Source: Bacteroidales bacterium
GTDB taxonomy: Bacteria > Bacteroidota > Bacteroidia > Bacteroidales > VadinHA17
Direction: 5' to 3'
Length of the DNA: 64,000 bases
NCBI GenBank assembly: GCA_049512815.1
Contig: JBEKWS010000006.1
Location: 99,398 to 163,397, forward strand
Shown: positions 21,749 through 30,730 of the stretch, piece after piece
How the letters are laid out: each line of letters opens with the position of its first letter
Position numbering within the stretch: the first letter of the stretch is position 1
The notes under the pieces: generated by a model
Told to the model about the DNA's origin: nothing
Database searches by the model: none
The model's input: the letters and a program-made list of their open reading frames with translations, nothing else
Position numbers and translations under genes: made by a program

Positions 21749-24433
21749 CTAACTCAACTGGGCAACCCATTCCAGCGGTTCGTGCCGGCCAATCTTCAAA
21801 TGTATTTTCACCGGCATTTTCTCAGGCAGGTGCAGATCGCAGTTGGCCTTGCCTTTCTGGAGCGCAGCCGTTAAAACTCCGGCAGGTGCCGAGATTTCCT
21901 CTATTCCATGCCGGACAATCAATGTGATGTCTTGCTTTCTCACCGAGGTGATCGTTACGTCCACGGTCCGCGCTTCCATGTCCCAGGCCAGTTTGTCGAT
22001 CCTCGCGAAGGTACGGGCAAGCATCCCGTTAATCGATCCCTTTAACAGCGAGGGAGGAAGTGCGGGAAGCAGCTCAATCACACCGGGGCGCGAGTAGGCA
22101 AGCATTTCCATCATGATTGCGGGAATCCCGCCCTGTGCATCCGGCTGGGGCGCAATGTAGGGGTCATGAGAACTCCTAAGCGTTGTACCGATGTAGCCCT
22201 GCTCAATCAGTTGCCGCAGCTCGGTATCCACCATGAAGTTGTCTTTGAGCCGTGCCCCAACCAAAGCGCGATGGCAGCGACCATGAGCCGCCAGCCTCTC
22301 CGGCACGCGCCTCCTGTCGGCCATCATCGCGGCCCGGGCAAGTTGCGGTGTACGATCCGGATCAATTTCGTCGCCTGGCCAGGCCCCATAAAGATGAGAA
22401 ATATGCCGATGGCTGTAACGCTCTTGCAGCGTGGGCCAAGCCCATTCCTTCATGGTGCCGTCCGGTTCGAGCATGTAGGGCGGAAACTTCGCCAGCATCG
22501 CCTTCCATTTCGACACGCTGTCGGCGTCGGTGCCCAGGATCTCCGAAGCCTGGATCAAATTGGCCAGCACTTCCCTGCACACCGCGATGTCCATGCTGGC
22601 GTTGATCACCATCATGCCCGAAGGGCCCGTGTTCCCGGGATTGTTCTCCGGCGAGAAGGATGGGGCGAAGATGTATTTCCCATCTTTGTCGGTGACCGTC
22701 AGGAAATCCTCGTAAAACAGCGCCAGCTCTTTATATGCTGGCACCATGCGATTGCGGAGGAATTCCAGGTCCCCCGTTACCAGGTAGTGATCCCAGAACG
22801 GGCGTAAACACCAGCCACCAGCGGAAATCCAATAGGGATGAGGCCATATCTCCCCGGACGAAGCGCTGTTGGAGTAATGGAACGCAACGCCGATCCCTTT
22901 GTCTGGCATGAGGGAATAATGTGTGCCGCGCATCCCGTAGATATTCTTTGCGTTAACCCGGAAGTCCGGGGCTAAGCTCTCCATCCAATTGAAGTAGGCA
23001 TCCATGCCTTCCCGGTGATCGCCCTGCACGCCGGGCGCTATCTGCAGGTTGATATTGGCATTGACCTCGTACGACATGGTGGGATACTTGCCGCTGGTGA
23101 GGATGAACCAATATCGTCCCATTTCGAATATCTTCTCCAGCAAGGCGGGCGAATAGTCCGGCCTCGACCTCTGATTGGCCAGAAGTTCCTCAGAAGACAA
23201 TCCATATTGAGAGGCACCGCCGAAATCGACGGTGACGCGGTTGAGGGCCTCAGACTGGACCTTGCGGTGCCGCTCCACCATTGCCTGATAGTCGGGCGTG
23301 AGTTGTTCCACCGCCAGCCGCAGAGCTTCAACCTTGTCCTCGCTATAGTCGGCGAACCATTCGATGCGAGTGAGAAGCATCACTGACGACGCATTCTCGA
23401 TGACCAGAGTGCCATCTTCCATCCGGGCTGAGCCGCCGTTGCGAACCACACGGATCACCCCGGCGTAGCCGCTGTTGTCTGTGGAAGGATCCAAACGGCA
23501 CTTGTAAATAAGTCGTTGCTCGTTAAAGTCGTGCTGAATTTCGCTTTCCCCGCTACGAGCAATCCCTCGGTTCATTCCCTGGAACGCCGCATCGGGGCGC
23601 ATTCTACTCACGTTATCCAACAGTGCGATTCGGGCATTCACCGATTGTCCTTTCGGGGCGGTGAGCAATTGGACCACGACGTTGTCGGGCCGGGACGTGA
23701 AAGTCTGACGAAGCCATTCACCGCGCTCATCGTTCCAATAGATCTTTGCCTCACTGCTCTCGAAATCGACAGTGCGGAGATAGTCCTTGACCAATGCGGT
23801 TTTCGGAAAATCGAGACTCATCCGAAAAGCCGGGATTGTGAAGTGCCCAAATGTATTCATCTTTATGGGGCCCTTCTCCATTTCCTTGTAAGCGAATTCA
23901 ATAGCTTCGCGGTATTTCCCGTCCATTACCATTTGCCGCACTTGTGGGAATATGTCCGCGGCCTTTGGAGCTTCGAGGGGCCTTTTCCATGGCATAAGCA
24001 GACTTTCATGATGGAAGAGAATCTGTTCCGAGTACGGATCGCACGTCATCTCGATATTCATCGCCCCATTGCCGGAGGTGAGACCCTCGTTGACTGTCGC
24101 GCCGGGCGCGATACTGCAAAAGCCCCGCCGCGGTACAATGTTCCGCTTGAGCCTTTCCGCAAGAGACATTGGCGAGACCTGTACAGCAGGTGACTGATAC
24201 GATTCCGCGAATACCGGCGGTCCTGGCAAATACTTATCCGCCCGCGCGCGACGAAGATACTCGGCGGAACGGATCTCCTCCTGTGTCGCTCCTGATGGAC
24301 CTGAAATCTGGTTGGGAATCTCGGATGGCTTTAGGGGACTTTCTTCGGCTGTCGTGAACAGCGAGTACGACTTTAGAGAACTAAATAGACCGGCAGCAAC
24401 CGCGCCTGTCTTAACAAAATTTCTGCGCTTCAT
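21749..24433 (-). CDS. GH95-like glycoside hydrolase with Tat signal, GC-rich paralog 1
   Basis: 894 aa with a twin-arginine motif (MKRRNFVKTGAVAAG). GH95-like blocks are SGNGAMNIEM...ESLLMPW, NANINLQ, HRHISHLYGAWPGDEI and IPAIMMEMLAYSRPGVIELLPALP. Confidence 0.75.
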   Translation of the reverse strand: MKRRNFVKTGAVAAGLFSSLKSYSLFTTAEESPLKPSEIPNQISGPSGATQEEIRSAEYLRRARADKYLPGPPVFAESYQSPAVQVSPMSLAERLKRNIVPRRGFCSIAPGATVNEGLTSGNGAMNIEMTCDPYSEQILFHHESLLMPWKRPLEAPKAADIFPQVRQMVMDGKYREAIEFAYKEMEKGPIKMNTFGHFTIPAFRMSLDFPKTALVKDYLRTVDFESSEAKIYWNDERGEWLRQTFTSRPDNVVVQLLTAPKGQSVNARIALLDNVSRMRPDAAFQGMNRGIARSGESEIQHDFNEQRLIYKCRLDPSTDNSGYAGVIRVVRNGGSARMEDGTLVIENASSVMLLTRIEWFADYSEDKVEALRLAVEQLTPDYQAMVERHRKVQSEALNRVTVDFGGASQYGLSSEELLANQRSRPDYSPALLEKIFEMGRYWFILTSGKYPTMSYEVNANINLQIAPGVQGDHREGMDAYFNWMESLAPDFRVNAKNIYGMRGTHYSLMPDKGIGVAFHYSNSASSGEIWPHPYWISAGGWCLRPFWDHYLVTGDLEFLRNRMVPAYKELALFYEDFLTVTDKDGKYIFAPSFSPENNPGNTGPSGMMVINASMDIAVCREVLANLIQASEILGTDADSVSKWKAMLAKFPPYMLEPDGTMKEWAWPTLQERYSHRHISHLYGAWPGDEIDPDRTPQLARAAMMADRRRVPERLAAHGRCHRALVGARLKDNFMVDTELRQLIEQGYIGTTLRSSHDPYIAPQPDAQGGIPAIMMEMLAYSRPGVIELLPALPPSLLKGSINGMLARTFARIDKLAWDMEARTVDVTITSVRKQDITLIVRHGIEEISAPAGVLTAALQKGKANCDLHLPEKMPVKIHLKIGRHEPLEWVAQLS

Positions 24434-24540
24434 AATTACCTCTTTATGTTTATTTTGAATTTATTAATTGGATACAATGTTTTGACCACAACTATATTAT
24501 GACTTAGAAGAAAACAAAATTCAAAGGATGTAATAAAATT
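24431..24540. repeat. Duplicated upstream leader/promoter region of the GH95-like genes, copy 1 (pairs with 50012..50121)
   Basis: The first 75 nt, counting from the start codon complement, are identical in both copies, and the next ~35 nt nearly so. It contains a candidate Bacteroidota -7 box, TATAGTTG on the minus strand, at 24489..24496. Confidence 0.8.
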
Positions 24541-24861
24541 ACACAATAAAACTAATTTAATTTTAGGAGAAAAAAAAGTTGAAATTCAAAAAAACCATCA
24601 ATCTCCATGGTGATTTAACTTTCTTTAAATATTCCCCGTAATCAGATCCAATTCTGCTAAATATGAAAAATAGAAAATGGAAATGGTTAATTGATTGATG
24701 AGATGATCACAAGGTGAGCCTAAATTCAGGTAGTTTTATATCTGTCTGGTCCTGAAATAGGTGACACTTTTTTTAAACAACCTAATTTATTCCAAATCAG
24801 ACATCTTTACAATTAGAAATCTAATACTTCAATCTTTCATATAAAACAAGCTCAAAATGAT

Positions 24862-24918
24862 GGTTGCAACTTTTAACCGCTGGGGGTACAAAAAGCCTCG
24901 ATTTATCGGGGCTTTTCG
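24862..24918 (+). repeat. GGTTGCAAC-box intergenic repeat, copy C
   Basis: GGTTGCAACTTTTAACCGCTGGGGGTACAAAA, then the stem-loop AGCCTCGATTTATCGGGGCT, then TTTC. Confidence 0.7.
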
Positions 24919-24923
24919 CATTT

Positions 24924-24949
24924 AGTAGGTGCTAATCAGGTGCTAATAA
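24924..24949 (+). repeat. 26-bp direct repeat AGTAGGTGCTAATCAGGTGCTAATAA, copy 2
   Basis: Matches 21266..21291 at 25 of 26 positions. The right flanks are also related: ACTCAAA, then ATGAAGTC versus ATGAATGTC (24989..25000). Confidence 0.85.
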
Positions 24950-25433
24950 ATATTTTTGTAGAAACTCAAAATTGACTTATTTTTGATGATGAATGTCAAT
25001 ATGAGTAAAATGTAATTTAAAGAGTTACTGGAAGAGTATATTTCAAATCTCGAAAAGGATCATGATACTAATCAAAAAGAGAACAGTAATCATCCTGTTT
25101 TTTCTTTGATTCAGAACACGTACCAAAAGTTTAAAAACAAATAATCTTATAGGAAGTTAGGCTTTGCCCTCACGTTTTTCTTATTCTGTATTATATATTT
25201 AGCTATCACAATAGTCTTTCTTTCACTCCCTCTGGCTTTCTTCATAGTATTTTCTTTTTTGATTCTACCGTTTTTTCATTTAGTTGTAACTAAACTCATT
25301 AAAACGCCAGATTTAGTTGATATTACAAGTTTAGGAGATAGAATATTACTAGTAAGAGTAAAGATAAAAAACTTTGATTTTGATTACTTGGTGGTGGACA
25401 GTTTTAATATATTTACAAATAAAAAGATAATCA

Positions 25434-27695
25434 ATGAATAAATTTAATCAAAGTACTGAATCAATATTATTTGTTTTTCAAACTATCAGGAAAATTGGTT
25501 TAATAGCAATCATCTTCAGCACTATTATTGTGAGCGCAACAGGCAAATCAAATAACATTACCGGTAATACTGATAAAAAAACACTCCAATCACAGTTCAC
25601 TACAAACCCAATTAAAGTTGACGGAATTGCTGAAGCAGCATGGGAAAATGCTAAACCCTCACATATAGAGATATCCATGAACAGTGCTCTTACAGCTCCT
25701 GACACCAGTTGCATTACCTACGGAGATGTCCGGTCATTATGGGACGGGGCCCTGCTGTATCTGCTTATTAATGTTTCGGATAAGGATGTTACAGCAGCAG
25801 GAAAAAGACCAACAGATAAGGATGGGGTTGAGATATATCTTGACTTTTACAATGATAAATTTCCCAAATATGAAGAAGACGACGGAATCATTCGCATCAG
25901 CTGTGAAGGGGAACTTACTGGCAGTGGCGTATATACCAATCGTCTGAAAGCCTATGCTTCAGCTTTACATTTTGACGCGCAAAAGCTTAAAACAGGATAT
26001 ACTGTTGAACTTGCAATCAGTACCGGCGGAATTCCAATGAAAAACGGTTCTCTGATAGGAATGGATTTTGCCATAAATGATGCAGTATCTCCTGATAACA
26101 GAGTTAAATATCATATTTTCTGGAATAACGGATATAACAAAGGAATAGATGATAACTCCGGTTGGGGTGAGGTAATGCTGACAGGTTATGATGGGAATTC
26201 TCATATGGCGCTTGTTACTTTTTTATTGAGTACTAACATTAAGAAAGCCGAATCTATAACCAGGGGTATATGGGTCAGCGAACACCAACTAGATAAAGTG
26301 ATTGCTGAAGCTAAAAAAGGTTTATCGGCAACCAACCAGAAAAAAATCGATGAATCTAACAACCTGCTTGACCATGCCATTTATGGCCTGCGCAGAAACG
26401 GGAAATTCCCTGATCCATACAATCTTCCTGAGATAAAGTACCTGCCTGATCCATTCACATTTTTAAATGGTACAAAAGTAAAATCAATTGCTGATTGGTC
26501 CTCCCGCTGCGATGAAATAAAAGACCTTGTTCAATATTATGAATATGGCTATTTGCCTAAACCACCTCAAGCAGTAACAGCCTCCATAGATGGTACAAAT
26601 CTCACTATCGTAGTTAATGACAAAGGTAAAACCGCATCGTTCAAAGCGAAGCTCACAGTACCTACTTTGGCTCAATGTGGAAAGTCTGGCCCTTATCCGG
26701 TAGTTGTTTGTATTGATTTCTGGGCATCAGCACCAAGCCCTATTTATCTTAATGCGGGTTATGCTGTACTCAGCATGATCTATTCAAGTGTCGCCAGTGA
26801 TAATTATGACCATACCGGGGCGTTTTATTCATTGTATCCTTACGACATAAAAACAGGAAATGATGCCGGGACTCTTCTGGCCTGGGCATGGGGTGCCAGT
26901 CGTAGTGTTGATGCACTTTCTTACCTTATGAACAATAATTCTGTGTTTAAGTACGCTTTTGATTTGGATAAACTGGTAGTTACGGGTTTCTCACGTTGCG
27001 GAAAAGCAACACTTTTAGCTGGTCTTCTGGATGAACGCTTTAAAATTACCAATCCTGGTGCATCCGGAGCCGGAGGTGCAGCTTCATATAGGTATGATTC
27101 CTTTGGAAACACTCCGGCACGTACAGCACCTTTTGGCAACGTTTATGCATGGGGCGTCTCCACAGGCTGTGAAGTACTGGGCGACAGAATAAGACATCAG
27201 GGATGGAATTCAAATGAGATGCTTGCACGTTTTCTGAATCCTGGCCGCATGTATAAAACAACAACGTTTGGATACGGCGAGCGTTTGCCGTATGACCACC
27301 ATGAAATACTCGCTGCAATCGCACCGCGCGCAGTTATCATTACAGCAGCAGACAATGATTACGCAAACGGGGCTGAAGGTGATTGCATAAGTATGGAAGC
27401 AGCCAGATCGGTTTTCCGGTTCCTTGGTGTTGATCAGAACCTTGCTTTAAACCTTCGGAGATCTGATAAAAACGATCCTAAGGCAAATGCAATGAGCCAT
27501 AGCCTTGATAATAATCAGATCAAGAACCTGGTAGATTTTTCAAATATGGTGTTTTATGGTTCACCCATTCAGGAAGAACAGAAGGAAAAATTCTACACAA
27601 ATCCATACTTACCAACATTTGATAAATACTACGACGGAGTAGGAGCAATGATGCCCTGGCTTAAATCTATGCCTCAGACATCCCTGTCAAAGTAA
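25434..27695 (+). CDS. CE15 glucuronoyl esterase with N-terminal CBM9-like domain
   Basis: 753 aa. The CE15 nucleophile motif is GFSRCGKATLLAG. The N-terminal region (DGIAEAAWENAKPSHIE...FAINDAV) resembles CBM9. Confidence 0.75.
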   Translation: MNKFNQSTESILFVFQTIRKIGLIAIIFSTIIVSATGKSNNITGNTDKKTLQSQFTTNPIKVDGIAEAAWENAKPSHIEISMNSALTAPDTSCITYGDVRSLWDGALLYLLINVSDKDVTAAGKRPTDKDGVEIYLDFYNDKFPKYEEDDGIIRISCEGELTGSGVYTNRLKAYASALHFDAQKLKTGYTVELAISTGGIPMKNGSLIGMDFAINDAVSPDNRVKYHIFWNNGYNKGIDDNSGWGEVMLTGYDGNSHMALVTFLLSTNIKKAESITRGIWVSEHQLDKVIAEAKKGLSATNQKKIDESNNLLDHAIYGLRRNGKFPDPYNLPEIKYLPDPFTFLNGTKVKSIADWSSRCDEIKDLVQYYEYGYLPKPPQAVTASIDGTNLTIVVNDKGKTASFKAKLTVPTLAQCGKSGPYPVVVCIDFWASAPSPIYLNAGYAVLSMIYSSVASDNYDHTGAFYSLYPYDIKTGNDAGTLLAWAWGASRSVDALSYLMNNNSVFKYAFDLDKLVVTGFSRCGKATLLAGLLDERFKITNPGASGAGGAASYRYDSFGNTPARTAPFGNVYAWGVSTGCEVLGDRIRHQGWNSNEMLARFLNPGRMYKTTTFGYGERLPYDHHEILAAIAPRAVIITAADNDYANGAEGDCISMEAARSVFRFLGVDQNLALNLRRSDKNDPKANAMSHSLDNNQIKNLVDFSNMVFYGSPIQEEQKEKFYTNPYLPTFDKYYDGVGAMMPWLKSMPQTSLSK

Positions 27696-27723
27696 GTTAA
27701 GTTGTTCAGGAATAAATAATGAG

Positions 27724-27745
27724 GGTTGCATAATTTTATGCGACC
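27724..27745. terminator. Hairpin between convergent genes (GGTTGCATAA-TT-TTATGCGACC)
   Basis: 10-bp stem with one G-T pair, between the CE15 stop (27695) and the GH2 stop (27752). It starts with GGTTGCA like the repeat family. Confidence 0.45.
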
Positions 27746-27751
27746 TTCATA

Positions 27752-30308
27752 TTATTTTGAAACTACAGGATATGTTGTGAATGAAGTAGTTCCAGACAGT
27801 AAACCTTTAGAGACAGCATTCACGACAACGTTACCTGGCTTGAAGGTTGAGCGAATAGCAACCCGCATCAAACCTCCTTCAGCCTGAAGTTGTTTATTCC
27901 CGGGGGAATTGTAATCTAATGGTTTTGATTTGTCCAGATAAAAATCATAAGATCCTCTGTAATTTCCTTCGCCGGAAACCTCAAAGACAATATCGTTGGC
28001 TGCATCAGGGCACCAGTTGCCATCCTTGTCTGCAATTTTAGCAGTAATAATAGCAGCATCAGAACCATTTGCAGATAGTTTAAATTCAGAACCATCCGGT
28101 CTGGTCAACTCAGGTTCAACAGATAACATGATCTGGTAAGGCGTTCCGGATGTAACCCGTTGATCAGAGCAGACTTCTTTGCCTTCTTTATCCATTCCAA
28201 CAACTTTTAATGTTCCTTTTTCCCATTTTATTCCCTTCCAGGTACATCTTTTTGTAAGAGAGTCTGGGGTCCTGACACCCAGATTTTTTCCATTCAGGAA
28301 TAAAGTAACCTGAGGACAATTACTCCAGGCGTCTACAATTTGCACACCTGATAAATTCCAGCTGCTTTGTAATACAACGCCTGGTTTAGTCGAGTAATCA
28401 ATCCAAAGAGCATTTTTATAAATATTGTATTTTAATTTAGGGAACCTGTTCCCGTCCATCGCAGACGACCCTAAATGATTTCTGATGAGCCTTGCCATTT
28501 AAGTAGACAGTATATCCTTCACCTTGTGTTTCGGCAAGCATCCAGTCTATCCATCCGCAAGCCTTATTTTTTATATCAGAATTATAATCATCGATAAACC
28601 AGTTTACAAATTGCTTTTCATTCGCATAATCGTCCCTGGCGATATTAAAACTTTTGCGGCCACCCCAGAATTCACCATAAACCTCGAAATTTACAGAAGG
28701 AGAACCAGCGACTTTCCTGTAAGCATTGGTATATCCCACCATTATAAGTTTGTCTGAAGGCCATTTTTCAGGATAGTTATCACGATTGGATACTATTCTG
28801 GGTTGTAAAGAATCCCATTGATTAACAAGCGATTGGGTGTAAGCAGGTAAATATTTATCCCCATCCCTGGCAATTCCGTTATTTGACTCCCAGACTGTAA
28901 TGGAAGGATGATTTCTGAAAGATATGATCAAATCTCTGTCGTACTCTTTTTTGTAAGTATTAGCTGGTTCATTTTTTAGAGACCATTCATTGTCACCACT
29001 GTTTTGCATTACCAGTATTCCATAAGCATCACAGGCTGACACCATAACTTCAGTTGCCGGGACATGACCGACACGTAAAGCATTTCCACCAGCATTGGCT
29101 ATAAGCTTTATATCTTTCCACTGAATTTCTTCCGGAATTGCAGAACCTAAAGCAGGATAGGCATTTCTATGACCAAATCCTCTTAAGATGTGTTTTTTCC
29201 CATTGACATAACAATAGTCCCCATCCCAGGTAATAGTCCGTACTCCTGTCTTTGATTCGTAAGTATCTATAATTTTACCTTTAACAGTAACTGTTGTCAC
29301 AATCTTATATAGATTGGGTTTGCCATAAGGACTGTTATTGGGATACCATAAATCAGGGTTAACGATATCACCTGAAAGGTCAAATAGGGCAGTTGATCCG
29401 GCAGCAATCGTTTTATCTGACTTAAGCACAAGAACAATATTGTTTTTGCTGTCAATAACAGAATTAATTAAAGTAACCTTACTACTGAATGAATTTTCGT
29501 TTTCAACATTAGTCTGAATCCTGATCGTGGCCCGATCTGCATTTGCAGAGATAGTTGCTACATATGTGCCCCATTTCTTCAATGGAGAATAAGCATTTAA
29601 GGGTACGTGCAGTTTATTTGTAACATGAAGATAGACAGGAGATACAATTCCTCCCCAACCCATTCCAAAGCCCTCATAAACGCCGAATCCCGGCCATTTA
29701 TAAAAACTGCTATCCGCATTTGACACCTTCACTGCCAAGACGTTTTCCTCTCCGTATTTGAGGTCATCGGTAATATCCAGGACAAAAGGTAAAAAGCCGC
29801 CCACATGAGTAACATTACCAGGTTGAGTTACACTGGTATTTCCGGGTTTAAAAATGCCATTAACATAAACAGCAGCACCCACATTGATGCCCTGAAATTC
29901 CAGAAATACTTTTTTCCCTGCAAATTCAACAGGTATATAAATATGTTTTCTGTACCAGGTTGTTCCTCTCCACATATGCATATCACTTGAATTGATATAA
30001 GTGTCCATGTCATTGAAACAATGCGGAATACCTACATTCTCCCAACTTTCATCATCGTAATTTAAGGCCGTATATTTTGAGTCCGGATCATCCTGATTTT
30101 TTGAGAGCACTTTAACGAATTTCCAGGATGAATCACCTAAATTCATTGTTATTCTAGGGGAGCTTTTATCCAGGGCAGTAGAATCACTGCCTCCTTTTTT
30201 ATTATTTTCTGTATTTTGACATTGAAGAAATTGTAGTACAAAAAAGGCAGCCAATAATATAACCCCTGTTTTGGTTATTTTACGAAAAAATTCAGAATGT
30301 GCTTTCAT
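27752..30308 (-). pseudogene. GH2-family glycoside hydrolase split by a frameshift near 28437..28498
   Basis: The 623-aa ORF has a GH2 N-terminus (WENVGIPHCFND, GTTWYRKHIYIP, LEFQGINVGAAVYVNG, NALRVGHVP...CDAYGILV). The 248-aa ORF has the GH2 C-terminal Ig-like/DUF4982-type region. The two frames overlap by 62 nt. The expected motif G..D..R.PK..Y..YK..W appears only in the second frame (SSAMDGNRFPKLKYNIYKNALW). The acid/base region reads WESNNG rather than the usual NE. Confidence 0.7.
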
Positions 30309-30697
30309 AATTATTATGATTTAATTTAATTGATATATTCAATAAAAGAAAAATAGCTTCATTTTCCAATACAGAACCTTCGCTTACTTTAACACCATAG
30401 ATCTCTTGTATTCTTGTTGCGCCTTTAGTAAAACCCGATTCATCAGAAGAATCAATACTTAAATAATAAGTCACACCCTGATTTGAACCTGTTTAGCACA
30501 ACTTAGCATTAAGGTTGATAATAAAATAATCAATAAATAATTCTTTTTCATGTAATCTATATTTTGTATTTACCCCTTTTGAATAATTTTAGTATCCAAA
30601 CCTATTACTTGATTATCATCATTCTTTATTGAGTCTGTTAAAGCTTTTATTTGTTTCATAAAATGTTTATTCTTTGGTAATAAGTCAGTCTAATAAG

Positions 30698-30724
30698 AGT
30701 GTGCCGTAGATTAACCGGCACACT
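30698..30724 (-). terminator. Hairpin AGTGTGCCG-N9-CGGCACACT just after the GH2 stop
   Basis: Perfect 9-bp stem, 7 nt downstream of the stop of 30731..33229. T-rich tract on the minus strand (TCTTATTAG). Confidence 0.5.
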
Positions 30725-30730
30725 TTACTA

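Noticed and set aside
22166-24193. Long alternative-frame and antisense ORFs inside the GC-rich genes, for example 22166..22807 (213 aa), 23516..24193 (225 aa), 48954..49358 and 49286..49690
   Set aside because: They lie wholly within strongly supported GH95-like reading frames and have Arg/Pro/Ala-rich, low-complexity translations. They are the expected by-product of high GC (few stop codons), not genes.
24862-24890. The GGTTGCAAC box as a sigma-54 promoter (TTGCA element) or as an integron attC core (GTTRRRY / RYYYAAC)
   Set aside because: No GG element lies at the required spacing upstream of the TTGC. The core does not fit GTTRRRY. The modules contain large genes in both orientations, which would need their own promoters. 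The adjacent integrase is the arm-binding Bacteroidota type rather than IntI-like. The recombination-site idea is kept only as a low-confidence hypothesis.
25259-25441. 60-aa ORF just upstream of the CE15 gene, and the short coding-like fragment around 25010..25140
   Set aside because: No start context or domain is evident. Both lie in a 1-kb AT-rich spacer that also holds repeat copies and are more likely non-coding or relic sequence.
30292-30551. A small lipoprotein-like start (MKKNYLLIILLSTLMLSC, 30471..30551) followed in another frame by the 60-aa ORF 30292..30474
   Set aside because: This could be one ~86-codon gene broken by a frameshift. Both pieces are short, have no recognisable family, and lie in a promoter-like spacer upstream of the GH2 gene. 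Evidence is too weak to call a feature.
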